In this document: one piece after another, positions 43,623-56,889 of the stretch | Numbering within the stretch: position 1 is the first letter of the stretch | Layout: the number at the start of each line of letters is the position of its first letter | NCBI RefSeq assembly: GCF_006345805.1 | Contig: NC_043000.1 | Span: 90,582,001-90,646,000, forward strand | DNA from: Octopus sinensis | Lineage: Eukaryota | Length of the DNA stretch: 64,000 bases | Direction: 5' to 3' | Program-made: the position numbers and the translations under genes | Notes under the pieces: model-generated | The model's input: only the letters and a program-made list of their open reading frames with translations | What the model was told of the DNA's origin: nothing | Database searches by the model: none

Positions 43623-43826
43623 GAGCGAGGTATAAACAGTAACTGCTCTATAATATAAGCGGGATCAGCCATCTGAATGTGGCTAGGGACAGGGCGGGGT
43701 GGTGGGGGTGTTACTGATGCATTTAGCCCCAGGCGACTATCGACGTCACCAGAAGAGCCGACACCATCACGGTGTCCTTGCTAGCCTGCAAAGGGAGATC
43801 AGCCTCACCGAAGATACGGATGCTAC

Positions 43827-43867
43827 ACACGGACCGGTTTCGAGGTATTTGCCTCTTGTCAGCGCAT
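43827..43867 (-). ncRNA. Type I hammerhead motif with altered G8 (unit 1)
   Basis: Minus strand ATGCG-CTGACAA-GAGG[CAAATA]CCTC-GAAA-CCGG-TC-CGTGT; palindromic ACCGGT helix III, GUC triplet. Confidence 0.72.
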
Positions 43868-44186
43868 GGCAAGCACCGTTCTTCGCTGAGGGACTTCCTG
43901 TACAGGCCAGATATATATAGATTTTCACAGTAACCACAGTCACTGGCGTAGAAAATCCGTTCGATAACAATAATAAATCTCTGAGCGAGGTATAAACAGT
44001 AACTGCTCTATAATATAAGCGGGATCAGCCATCTGAATGTGGCTAGGGACAGGGCGGGGTGGTGGGGGTGTTACTGATGCATTTAGCCCCAGGCGACTAT
44101 CGACGTCACCAGAAGAGCCGACACCATCACGGTGTCCTTGCTAGCCTGCAAAGGGAGATCAGCATCACCGAAGATACGGATGCTAC

Positions 44187-44227
44187 ACACGGACCGGTTT
44201 CGAGGTATTTGCCTCTTGTCAGCGCAT
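44187..44227 (-). ncRNA. Type I hammerhead motif with altered G8 (unit 2)
   Basis: Identical to 43827-43867. Confidence 0.72.
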
Positions 44228-44344
44228 GGCAAGCACCGTTCTTCGCTGAGGGACTTCCTGTATAGGCCAGATATATATAGATTTTCACAGTAACCACAGT
44301 CCCTGTCCATCCATTCCCTCGCCTACAATTTTTTTTATCTACAG

Positions 44345-44945
44345 TTATTTGTCTATATTTACAAGTGTTTGCAACTCTTGAAGAAAGATAACAGTAATTG
44401 AAAATTGCAGCACTGTTTCATACGCTAACCAGACGGGCACATAACAACATGACAGCCAAAACTCAGGATATTTAGCAAGACACGACTTTATATATGGATG
44501 TACCTGACAACCCAGATTGCAAAATTGATGCAACACAACATGCTGAACGGAGATCCACCCATAAGGGACAGTAGCAGGATGGGTCGACACGACCGTTGTA
44601 CAAAATAAAGATTAATACCAAATCCATCTGGTTACTTAAGAACTTATTATCATTATCTCAACTAACACTGCGGAGTTCCTGAAGTAGATCCAACGGAAAT
44701 ATACCCCGACTGCGAATGACACTAGGTGGCCCAAACTGTGCCAGTCCTCTTCCCAACACTTCAACACGCTAATCGGCATATACCCGTTAGTCCAGAAATT
44801 GCGAGGATAATCTGGTTCTTGACTGAAGATAGAAAACTTCGAATGACCCGTCCTTGTTTTCTTTCTATCGTCTATCTGGATGTTTTGTTGTCCCTTTTTG
44901 AATGACCTAGTTGTCCGGATATTTTGCGTTCTTGTCCCATTTTAT
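44345..44945 (+). mobile_element. Highly degenerate Penelope-like 3' remnant
   Basis: Frameshifted YIGCT..RLQN..QH-like segment near 44490 followed by a pyrimidine-rich tail; weak. Confidence 0.3.
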
Positions 44946-44955
44946 ATTATATATA

Positions 44956-44997
<42 letters not shown>

Positions 44998-45082
44998 TAT
45001 ATATAATATATATATATATATAATATATATATATATTTATATTTGTACACGTATTATATATATATATATTCATTTTTTAAAA

Positions 45083-45347
45083 TTCTATTCTTTTACTTGT
45101 TTCAGTCACTTGACTGCGGCCATGATGGAGCACCTCCTCTAGTCGAACAAATCGACCCCAGGACTTATTCTTTGTAAGCCTAGTAATTATTCTATCGGTC
45201 TCTTTTGCTGAACCGCTAAGTTACGGGGACGTAAACACACCAGTATTGGTTTTTCAAGCGATGTTGGGAGGACAAAAACACACGAACACACACTGAACCC
45301 GGAACCAAGTGGTTACTAAGCAAGCTACCACACAGCCATTCCTGCGT
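45083..45347 (-). mobile_element. SINE family A with internal deletion
   Basis: Tail and head present, middle missing. Confidence 0.85.
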
Positions 45348-45352
45348 CTATG

Positions 45353-45425
<73 letters not shown>

Positions 45426-45630
45426 GGATGTACATAGATACATATAACTACTTACAGCCATAAAGATAAAGACGCATACATACACACATGCATACATACA
45501 TACATACATACATACATACATACATACGTACATACATACATACATACGTACATACATACATACATACATACATATATACATACATACATACATACATACA
45601 TACATACATACATACATACATAATACATAC

Positions 45631-45738
45631 AAAAATACACTACTGACGTTGAAATTTCAATGAAGGAGCCTGGGATCTAGGTTAGAAACCGGCTCTTTCT
45701 CTATTGGCGAAAAATCTTGAGATAACACTGAATAATGG
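45631..45738 (+). mobile_element. 3'-terminal fragment of an R4/Dong-like LINE family within (CATA)n
   Basis: CAATGAAGGAGCCTGGGATCTAGGTTAGAAACCGGCTCTTTCTCTATTGG resembles the 55598-55700 3' UTR; (CATA)n on both sides. Confidence 0.6.
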
Positions 45739-46108
45739 CATACATACATATGCGTTTGTGTGTATATAATTGTATAAAGGCATATATGTACATATTTGCA
45801 TACAACGGTGTACATCTCTATGTGATATATAAACTTGTATGTGTTTAGTGTAGTGTCTGAGTGCAATTTGCTGCGTATTGTGAGAGCACGATCAGAAGGA
45901 TATTCACATACATGCATGCATGTGAGTATACAAGCACGTTTATATACGTATCCTACTTCACACTTACATATACACACGTATACAGACATGTACATAACAC
46001 GCAGTATATCTATCTATCTTATTTATCAATCTATCTTTATACGTACACAACTTTGTCTTACACACATATATATACTTACATGCACACAACTTTGTGTCTT
46101 GCACACAT

Positions 46109-46188
<80 letters not shown>

Positions 46189-47569
46189 GTACTTTATAGT
46201 TACATACGGAATTATATGTATATTTGTATGTATATATACATATGCATATGAAATATTATTTGATACATATATATTTATGCATATGTATGTACACATACAC
46301 ACACATATAAACACCCACATATATACATAATCTGATTTATTTCAATCTATTGCTCCAGACTAATTTTGTTGTGGAAGTGTGTGTGTGTGAGTGTGAGTGG
46401 TTAGTGAAATGAATGGAGCCCCCCCACCCCGGCCAATATGCTATACTGGTTATAACAATGTATTATACTTAGCGACAACATTATGAAATAGCAACAATGA
46501 TTTGATTGGATAATATTACGTCAGAGCAGAAATGGGTGGTAGAGATATCTAAAGCCATTGGGCGTTGATCTCAGGTTCAAATCTCACAGGTATCATCTGG
46601 TGTCTCTCGCCCTGCTTCTTACTGAAATAATGCACCAGCGATAAATTACAGTTTAACCCTGTCGTTCTCAACTTGGGTTTATATGGTTCTTGAGGGCCCA
46701 CATAAGGTTTTGTTGTTAAAATTTATCTGCAATAATTTGGTTATACTTCTACAAAACAATAAATCTTTTAACATTTTTTAATACAATTCTCAATAATATT
46801 TAATGTCTGTGAACTTTGTATTTACCCCGTTTATGCACAGCGGTAACTTCTTCTGGTCAGGAGAACAAGTTAAACTCTCGTATATTGTAGATTTTAACTT
46901 GCTCTTGCGCTTCATCCTCAGTTTATATACCTGCAACACTAGCAAAATATGAATTGCTATTGTGGGTCGTGGTTTCATTATTAGTTGTAATTCTTCCATT
47001 GATTTTGTCATTAAAATTATCGTTTCCGCAATATCTTTTTGCTTTTTAAATTGCGAGTGCTTGTCTTTGAAATTGTATCTGGCTGTTGTTTAATTCTCAG
47101 GTTCAGTTTTAAGGTTTAAGGTCTGATTTTGTTTTCGCAAAACTGTAGTTAGCACCCCTACCAGCTACCAAGGAATTTGCCACTTTAAACCACAAACAAA
47201 TAGGTGTCTACCGTGCAAATATAAATTCAGTGTTTAGATGTAACTTTTTATTACATCTGGGAATGGCTTCAATGTTTGACTATTTCGAAAGACAACGGTT
47301 GAATAAGAAAACCAAGGAAAAATTCACCACAGCGGAAACTCTGTTGAAGGCTCGCATTTGCCTGAACAAAACATTATAAGAGTTGCAATCTACAATACGC
47401 TGGTGTATCAACGTAGCTATGTTTTGACGTCAATATATCGTGGTAACGGTGATGGAATAGGATAACACTCTGGTTTGTTATTATCTGAGAATGGTTGGCT
47501 TCTGGCTTCTTGTTTGGCTTCATGCTCTTGCTTGATGGAGCTGGCGTCATTCCAAGTTAGTAGTCCCAA

Positions 47570-48010
47570 AGTCATCATCATGCATAGAGCCGACCAAGTT
47601 CAGCAGTGCTCTCCGTCGCTGGCAGTCTCGTATAAGCCCCTCTGCATTATTCAAGGTGATTTCGAACATCTGGAGATCTTACCCAATCACGTCCAACCAT
47701 CTGGTGCGGGCCCTGGCATGGAACCTCTCTCAGCTCGTCGCTGCTGCGTCGAAGAAGAGTAAAACTCTGGTAGGATGGTCTTGCAGGAAACGGAGGATAT
47801 GTCCGTACCAGCGCATGCGACGGATAGCTATGACGTGGGAGGCTGCTTGCTGATATGTGCGCGAAAGCTTTCCTTTGTTGGAAACATGATGGTACCATCT
47901 GATCTTCCCGATTATTCTCTGGGCCCTGCTATGGGAGCCGGCGATCCTCTTTGCCAGGGCCTTCGGGTGGGAGCATATGTCTGTTTCATAGAGGAGAATG
48001 CAGAGGGCCG
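47570..48010 (-). pseudogene. RTE-clade LINE reverse transcriptase C-terminal fragment
   Basis: Minus-strand peptides IRWYHHVSN, RRMRWYGHILR, DHPTRVLL, RARTRWLDVI, typical of RTE ORF ends. Confidence 0.85.
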
Positions 48011-48299
48011 ATGCTGTGAATTAATCATAACAGTAAAATGTCACTGAAGTTACTTATAGTATTTAGTTTTGTGAATATACGGTAATGATTTCAAATCTAA
48101 CAAATACCAACATTGCCTTACATACTTTCAGGGATCGATAAAATAATTACTAGTTATGCATGTTGGAGTGATTTAGCTGATTATATATTTTATTTGTAAA
48201 CTTTATAATAGCACTTGATCAATAGTAATAAATATGAGACTGCTTGTCCAATGAAAAGGAAACGAGAAACAGTAGAGCTCCAGGTTAAAATGAATTCCT

Positions 48300-48762
48300 T
48301 ATAGCTTTCATTCGTTTCAGTCATTGGACTGTAGCCATGCTGGAGCACTACCTTGAAGGGTTTTAGCCGAACGAATCGACCCCAGTACTCAACTAGTACT
48401 TATTTATTCGACTTCGAAAGGCTGAAAGGCAAAGTGGACCTCGGTGGAATACGAACTCAGAACGTGAAGACGGACGAAATGCCACAATGCATTTTGCTCG
48501 GCGTGCTAAAGACATCGCCACCTTACTGCCATAGGTTTAAGTAAGCATTAGTTTCAAGTTTTGGCACAAGGCCAGCAATTTTGGGGTAGGTGTAAGTCGA
48601 TGATATTGACTCCAGTGTTTAACTGGTAGTTATTTTATCGGCCTAAAGTCGATGAAAGGCAAAGTGGACCTCGGCGGAATTTGAGCGCAGAGTGTAAAGA
48701 TGGACGAAATGCCGCGGAGCATTTTGCCCTTCGAGCTAACAATTTTGCCTGCGCACCGCCTT
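48300..48762 (-). mobile_element. SINE A tail joined to SINE B, plus a second SINE B
   Basis: Family motifs in reverse complement at 48300-48525 and 48556-48762. Confidence 0.8.
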
Positions 48763-48847
48763 AAGTGTAAGTAAATATTATCATGTCGGCCCGACATTCA
48801 TTGTCTTTCAATGAACCGTGAATGGAAAATTGACTACAGATAATATT

Positions 48848-49265
48848 TATTTCTTTATTACTCACAAGGGGATAAACATAGAGGGGACAAACATGGACAG
48901 ACAAAGGGATTAAGTCGATTACATCGACCCAGTGCATAACTGGTACTTAATTCATTTACCCCGAAATGATGAAAGGCAAAGTCGACCTCGGCGGAATTTG
49001 AACTCAGAACGAAGCAGCAGAGGAAATACCTATTTCTTTACTACCCACAAGGGGCTACACACAGAGGGGACAAACAAGGACAGACAAACGGATTAAGTCG
49101 ATTACATCGACCCCAGTGCGTAACTGGTATAAGTACCAGTTATCGACCCCGAAAAGATGAAAGGCAAAGTCGACCTCGGCGGAATTTGTACTCTGAACGT
49201 AACGGCAGACGATACACGGCTACGCATTTCGCGCAGCGTGCTAACGTTTCTGTCAGCTCGCCCCC
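48848..49265 (-). mobile_element. Dimeric SINE family B with TSD
   Basis: Two body units, one head; 18-bp TSD TTGACTACAGATAATATT at 48830-48847 and 49266-49283. Confidence 0.92.
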
Positions 49266-50484
49266 TTGACTACAGATAATATTAAACAGCGAATTAGTTG
49301 TCTTTTATACATGGGGGTGGGGTGAAAATAAAAAAAAGGAAAAGAAGTATATGACCCTCATAGTTTAGATAGGTTCGAGCGATTATTGGCTTAGGACATG
49401 TCCAACTTAATAATACCATCTGGAGTAATTTTTTAAAGTGTTAGGACACCATTGGTAGGTTTAATCGTTTAAATTGTTCGGACACCATAGCCCACTAGAA
49501 TAGTGAGTTGTTGTTTGCCAAACTGTATCCGGGTGTTGGTGTCTGTCTGGTATATCTTAGAGGAATTTATCTAATGTTATGGGGTATTTTTTCTCTCTGA
49601 ATTCTTTCTTTGATAGAACAAACTTACCAAGTACTCAGTGAACCTAAAGAAAGAATTTCACTTAATTTCGCATATTCTTAAAAGTTTTCACTCACTGCGA
49701 AAATGAAATTAATAAACATTTTGTAATTTTTTTTTATAAGTTAACATCTTGACGAGTAGTTCTTTCGCAGTACATACAGAAATATGTATAGAAATCAAAC
49801 TAATAATACTTATATTTACTTCGCAATAACTTTTTCAGTCTACTTTAATCAATGTACGTCCCAAAGAAAAATGTTTAAAGGAAATTCTATTTTTATACAA
49901 TTCCTCAACGATATTCAACAATCAATTTTTATTAAGCAATATACTTTATTCAATTCACCAAGTTGACTGTGTATTTAATAATATCCAAACATCTGCATTC
50001 CTGTTACACATATGATTTGCTACTATGTTCCGAAATATATATCACCCATTGAACACAAGTTATTCGGAGGCAATAACATACGTATATTGTTATACTAATA
50101 CACTGTAATATTTATTGATTTATTCAGTGTGTGCTATAAAGTTATAGGTAAACACCAAAAGCTCCAGGCAAACTGGCGCTGGAGGCAGTAACGATTTCCG
50201 TATCACATTACAGCCATGATAATTTTACAAAAAGAAGGCATGAAACGTTGCAATATCCCAGTTAGTTCTCCTTTTAAATATAGGTCATCTGTGTTCTGTA
50301 TTTGGTAGAATTGTCTCAATATTTATTACGTCGTTCTGGTCTTTGGACAAGGAGAATCGTTTTTATGACATTTAGATAGGAATCTTTACATTCTGGGTTC
50401 AAATCCCTTAGATGTAAACTTTGCTATTTTTTCTCTATAAAAATAAAATAACAGTCAAAAACTGAGATCGATATCAAAATTTTG

Positions 50485-50630
50485 TGTGATAAGAAGTTTA
50501 CTTCCCAATCACTGGTCATAGATTCAGTCCCACGGCATGGCACTTTAGGGGACCTTCTTTCAGTTTCCATTTACCAAATTTTAGTGGACTTGGTAGATGG
50601 AAACTGAAAGACGCCCATATATATATGTAT

Positions 50631-50690
<60 letters not shown>

Positions 50691-50696
50691 GTATAT

Positions 50697-50738
<42 letters not shown>

Positions 50739-50965
50739 GGCCGGGGGTGTTGTGTGTGTATGTATATCCTTGTGTTGATGTTTGTACCCCACAGCCACTT
50801 GACAACGGGCGTTTGTTTACATCTCTGTAAGCTTGCGGTTCGGCAGAGGAAACTAATAGAATAAGTACCAGGCTTAAAAAATAAGTACTAGTACGATTTG
50901 TTCGATTAAACCCTTCAAGGCAGTGCTTTGCTCTAGCATGCCCGTACTCCAGTGATTCAAACAAC
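50485..50965 (+). mobile_element. Diverged SINE family A with expanded internal microsatellite
   Basis: Family-A motifs. Confidence 0.75.
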
Positions 50966-50968
50966 TTG

Positions 50969-51350
50969 GAAGCGCTCCGTCGGTTACGACGACGAGGGTT
51001 CCGGTTGATCCGAATCAACGGAACAGCCTGCTCGTGAAATTAACGTGTAAGTGGCTGAGTACTCCACAGACACGTGTACCCTTAACGTAGTTCTCGGGGA
51101 TATTCAGCGTGACACAGAGAGTGACAAGGCCAGCCCTTTGAAATACAGGTACAACAGAAACAGGAAGTAAGAGTGAGAGAAAGTTGTGGTGAAAAAGTAC
51201 AGCAGGGATCACCACCAACCCCTGCCGGAGGCTCGTGGAGCATTAGGTGTTTTTTGCTCAATAAACACTCACAACGCCCGGTCTGGGAATCGAAACCGCG
51301 ATCCTATGACCGCGAGTCCGCTGCCCTAACCACTGGGCCATTGCGCCTCC
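50969..51350 (-). mobile_element. SINE family C (long-tail subtype), young copy
   Basis: Near-identical reverse complement of 57479-57845. Confidence 0.92.
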
Positions 51351-52245
51351 ACTCAAACAAGTTACAGCTAAAGGATAAAAAATTGTGTATCTAATTTGCT
51401 TTAGTTACATTTCCTTGTGTTTTTAGTTCAAATCCCTTTGGAGCTAATTTTGCTTCTTAACTTTCGATTCAAAGAACTGTTTCGACTATAATTCTCTAAA
51501 ATATTTCCTAGACGTGGTGGTAAAGAAATAAAGAGCTGGCCTTCAATCGAGACCGAGAATAGCTTGGTAACATGCCAAGGTTTCGCTAACTGTTTTATGT
51601 GCTTATGTAATCACCAATAGTCCTTGTCATCCTTTCGACCCTTCCAACATTTCATTCAGTGGCACATCCAGGTGTTAGCTGTAAGGAGAGCTGTACCACC
51701 ACTCGGCTGGTATTCACTTTCAGCGGAATAAAGTGGAGAAATGTGAAATGAGGTGCCTTGCTCAAGGATATAACTCAGTGTATAATAGGCGGAAATATAC
51801 AACGGGGCAAGCAGCAGAAATCTTCAGAGCAAGAACACTTGTCAAACAAATGTTTTAGCCAGTTAGTTCCTGTCACTCTAAGGGAGCCGAGTCTACCTAG
51901 GTAGTGACTCCTATGTGTTTTCCTGCCGTTCTTTAAATGTTACCTTCAGTAGAGGTTGAACTCGAAACTTTAGAGCGAGCTAATTATTCAATCACACAAA
52001 TGACAGCAAACTGGGTTTATTTCCTTCTATGTTTAGTGGCTAGCTGTATCTCTTTCAGTTCTGTCTATCATTAAAATATATGCAGCTATAGAAAAACGAT
52101 AATAAGATCTTAAGTGCAGAGTCAATCTCTAGTTCACCTTTTAGCATTTAAACTGGCATTGTACAGTTCAAATAATCAATCTGTTTTATGTTCAAACTGG
52201 CCAGATCCGGTCTCTCACAAATACCCTACAATGTCAGCTGTGCAT

Positions 52246-52267
52246 AGGCGCAGGCATAGCAGTGTTA

Positions 52268-52347
<80 letters not shown>

Positions 52348-52356
52348 AATCAATCA

Positions 52357-52443
<87 letters not shown>

Positions 52444-52660
52444 AATCTATCTATCTATCTATATGATTGTGTGTCTGTGTTTGTCCCTCGTCATCTCTTG
52501 ACAACCGATGCTGGTGTGTTTACGTCCCCATAACTCAGCTGTTCGGTAAATGAGACCGATAGAATAAGTACTAGGCTTACAAAGAATAAGTCCTGGGGTC
52601 GATTTGTTTGACTAAAGTCGGTGCTCCAGCATGGCCGTAGCCAAATAGCTGAAACAAATA
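52246..52660 (+). mobile_element. SINE family A with its middle replaced by (ATCT)n
   Basis: AGGCGCAGGC start, (ATCT)n 52269-52462, intact 3' half. Confidence 0.8.
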
Positions 52661-52672
52661 CATTCATATATA

Positions 52673-53309
52673 CGAGGGGAAGTCAAAAATTATCCGCACT
52701 TTCACCATAACATATCTTTATTATTGTCACACTGCCTTCTGCGCATGCGTGCTTATAGGTGGTACTATTGTGGTCACGTGATTGAAGTTTGAGCCGGATT
52801 GCGTCATTTTTCTTTTTGGTTTTACACTGTAAGCATGGTCGCGCCACGAGCAATGTGCACGAAAGAACAACGAGCAGTGATCCGAGAGATAGTAATGGTG
52901 AATCTCTCGAGCTTGTTGAATCTTCACCTCAGTGGTGAAGGTTGACGGGCATCCGGCTCCCCCCTCGTGCGTCACGCTTGTCCGGTCACTTTTAAACTTC
53001 TCGGTTCACTCATACACACTTTTACATGGTAGTGCACTATCCCTGTATTGTGCTCCGATGAATTTCAGCACCTGACTCACTGTACGACTAGAGAAATCGG
53101 ATCACTGCTCTTTGTTCTTCCTGGGTGCTCAGTGCTGGTGGAGCGGCCGTATTTACAGTGTAGAGCCAGAAAGAAAAATGACGCGATCAGGCCCAAACTT
53201 CAATCACTTGACAACAATAGTAACAAGTATAAGAACGCATGCGCAGAAGGCAGTGTGACAATTACAAAGATATGTTATGGCGAAACTGAGGATAACTTTT
53301 GACTTCTCG
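52673..53309. mobile_element. Mariner-derived fold-back element made of two inverted 5' ends
   Basis: TA-flanked ~210-bp imperfect inverted arms; minus strand encodes EEQRAVIRF...AEIHR...SVYE...KFK..RTSVTHEGGAGCPST. Confidence 0.88.
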
Positions 53310-53429
53310 TATATATGAATATATTTGTATGTATGTATGTATGTATGTATGTATGTATGTATGTATGTATGTATGTATTTATTTATTTATTTATTTATTT
53401 ACTTATTTATACGTATGTGTGTGCGTGTA

Positions 53430-53650
53430 CGTATGAGAGTTTGCATTTGTTCCTTCACCACTTGGCAATGTGTTGGTTTGCTTATGTTCATGTAATTTAA
53501 AAGTTCGGCAAAACTAACCAATAGAATAAGCACCAGCTTGAAACAAAAGAAAATTGGTACTGGGGTCGATCCGTTCGTCTAGTACCCTACAATGTGGAGC
53601 CCCAGCATGGCCACAGTCCAATGACTGAAACAAGTAAACGTTAAGAGATA
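53430..53650 (+). mobile_element. SINE family A 3' half
   Basis: Tail motif CAGCATGGCCACAGTCCAATGACTGAAACAAG. Confidence 0.75.
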
Positions 53651-54117
53651 AATGATTTAAAAACCACAAAACGCATAAAAATCTGGAAGCTGGACTATTT
53701 TCACAAACCTAACACCCAGTTTACTTAAAGAAAGACTCTCAGTCGATGTGAAGCATTAGTATTGGAGAATTGTTTTAATCGAAAAAGAAGAGCAGAAATT
53801 TGAAACAGCCGGAGTTTATTGTGTGTCAATTCAATAGGTGACAACTAATAATACTAAATAACATTATCAGTCTAGTCAAATCGGCGTCGATATATGTCAC
53901 GTTTTATCTCATGTGTTAAGTGGTTGCTATTTTCGGGCAACTACCACATCTAGTGAGTCTCAGCGCGAGATATGAGTTGTGTGTGTGTGTGTGTAAGCAT
54001 GTGCGCATGCATCTCAGACATACATACATACATACATATATAATTATGAATATATTTGTATGCTTCTTTCACCTATATATTATACACACATGAATGTATG
54101 TATGTGCGTGTGTGTAC

Positions 54118-54167
<50 letters not shown>

Positions 54168-54285
54168 CGTACATATACAAATGTGTGTTTCCGAATACAT
54201 ACGTACGTTCATACATGCAGGCATACATACATGCCTACATAAATACATGTATATATGCATATATATGTATATATACATATATGTA

Positions 54286-54370
<85 letters not shown>

Positions 54371-55597
54371 CAATACATATATCATATAATATATATATAT
54401 ATAAAAATATATACACGACGCATACGCAAATATACACATATTTACATACATATACCAATATGTACAAATGTCTGTATGTATCTGTGCGTATGTGATTTGA
54501 TTCAAAATGTTTTGAAGTGAAAAGGAAACTCCAAGTCTGGATTCCATACCAAAAACAATCCCAAACTCTCTGTTGTAAAACACTAATAATTGTAACATTC
54601 GACTATTAACAACGTTAAGTTATAAAACGAAGTCTTTATTAATGTCCAACAAGGTCGTCGTCAGTTGGACTAAACGAAACAAAATAACACACTCACACAC
54701 AACCACGAGAGACATATTTCGATCGATTATGAAGAAAATGGCATTACTGGATGTATTCTATAAAAACTTATAAATGGTCGAAGTTGTGACGCAGGATGAG
54801 ACATTGAAGCACTGATTTGGATACAATGCACCACGACCTTTCATTTCCTATATTGCCGGTTCTGAGTTCGAGATCGCAAAAGGGTTGTTATTGTTACTAT
54901 AGTTTGTGATGATACTGTAGTTGTATTTGATGTGGTTTCTACGTCAGCGCGTGATCTACCTTCGGATTCATGTGTCAATAACTTGGTGCGATACACAGAT
55001 TTATTTTTCTGTACGCGAACTATTTACGTCTATTTCTAATGATTTCCACTTCGTGCTCTGATATGTAGTGATTAAATTGTCTTTACTGGATGCAATATAA
55101 CAGTCTGTACATGTTATATTTTCTTTCTATATCTTGTATAATTCTGTACCATTTGTATTTTGCAGTCATTGTTGCTAAATGGCATGTCGACTTTTTTCAA
55201 GTTTAACTATTATTAAATGCATTCCAGCGTCAGCCAACATATTTTCCGTTCACGAAGAGTCTACAACAGAATTTTCTATATTACGCGACTTTTTAAAAGA
55301 AATAGAAAGTAGTTTCAGGGATATTTGGTCCCCTTTACTAGTTTAACGGGAAACATCATACTGACTCTTTCTTTGGATCTGTATGTTGATAAATTCTGGC
55401 ATTGACCACAATGAAAGCAGGGTATGCGAAGTTGTTTCGAATGTGACAGCTAATGCTTCTTCAGATGGATTGGTAGCTGTCCGTTAAATTGTGATAAACA
55501 TCTCTCTGTGTACGTACGTATGTATGTATGTATGTATGTATGTATGTATGTATGTATGTATGTATGTATGTATGTATGTATGTATGTATGTATGTAT

Positions 55598-56335
55598 CTT
55601 CTAGTTTTTAATTATTATAAATCTTCCAATGAGGAGGGGACCGGTTTTCAACAAAAATACAAGGCTCTATCTTTGGGGTGTAGTTAACACAGACAAATTC
55701 ATATTTAGAACTTGAGAAAAGTCTTGCATATTTTTACTGCTCCACTCACAGATTACACTTGCAATGTACAAATTAGCCGGTCGATTTCTCTTTCTGGAAA
55801 TCCCAATTTATCCAGATTCTCCTTTAAGTATTTGCTAACAAAACTTAGTGCTCCAATTTTTATTGGTATGGATATCAATTCATAGTCTGGATATAGAAGC
55901 TGGAGGTTTTGAAGCCCTTGTCCATAAATATCTTCTTTTTCTTTGATTTTCAAAGAGATATTTAAATCTGCAGGGCAGCTGACCTCTATTACGCTACACA
56001 CCTTTCCCCACCTGTCCCAAACAACTATATCCGACTCGTTATGTTTACATTTGACAAAAGGTTTGATGAGAATATTCCACCAGTATTCTTTGAGTTGGTG
56101 TTTATGAATGTTTTTCATAACAGGGATTTTCTAAGTTTATTTCAGGACAGTCTTTTTTGCGGATGGTATTGTAAATTGTTTTAGCGACATCATGCCGCAT
56201 AGGGAGGTAGTACCGTGACGAGATTTTAGAACCGCTGCTAATCACATGCGTGATGTCTTCCACAGAGACATGACATAGCCTATACTGGTGGTTGCACCTT
56301 CAGATTACAAGAGCATCTCTGTCTCTCTTGTTTAC
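55598..56335 (-). pseudogene. 5'-truncated R4/Dong-like RLE non-LTR retrotransposon
   Basis: Minus-strand YRLCHVSVEDITHVISS (zinc knuckle remnant), YLPMRHDV, EYWWN, HNESDIVVWD..IEVSCPAD..KEKEDIY (PD-D/ExK), IGAL, KICKTFLKF*; (CATA)n on both sides. Confidence 0.88.
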
Positions 56336-56343
56336 ATATATAC

Positions 56344-56374
<31 letters not shown>

Positions 56375-56439
56375 TGTATGTATGTATGTATGTATGTATG
56401 CATGTATGCATGTATGCATGTATGTATGTATGTGAGTGC

Positions 56440-56497
<58 letters not shown>

Positions 56498-56500
<3 letters not shown>

Positions 56501-56889
56501 TCTTTTACTCTTTTGCTTGTTTCAGTCATTTGACTACGGCCACGCTGCAGCACCGCCTTTAGTTGAGCAAATCGACCTCAGGACTTATTCTTTGTAAGCC
56601 TAGTACTTATTCTATCGATCTTTTTGTCGAACCGCTAAGTTACGGGGACGTAAACACACCTACATCGATTGTCAAGCGATGTTGGGGAGAATAGCACAGA
56701 CACACAAACACACACACATACATATACATATATACGACGGGATACTTTAAGTTTCCGTCTACCAAATCCACTCGCAAGTCTTTGGTCGGCCCGAGGCTAT
56801 AGTAGAAGACACTTGCCCAAGATGCCACGTAGTGGGACTGAACCCGGAACCATGTGGTTGGTAAGCAAGCTACTTACCACACAGCCACT
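56498..56889 (-). mobile_element. SINE family A, near full length
   Basis: Close match to family A in reverse complement. Confidence 0.92.

Larger units (their letters stand above)
43615..44301 (-). repeat. Tandem 360-bp-period repeat (pLTR/retrozyme-like), one hammerhead motif per unit
   Basis: 43615-43941 and 43975-44301 differ at two positions by eye (43804/44164, 43903/44263); 33-bp spacer. Confidence 0.9.

Noticed and set aside
43699-44265. Duplicated 68-73 aa ORFs (MVGVLLMHLAPG...)
   Set aside because: GTG starts, no recognisable domain, and the stop differs between copies; by-products of a GC-rich repeat
44668-44845. CTGCGGA...GGAAA and CTGAAGA..GAAAA motifs
   Set aside because: No consistent helices I-III could be built
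55324-55345. TTTGGTCCCCTT resembling the 5' end of miR-133
   Set aside because: The 3' half diverges and there is no full precursor arm
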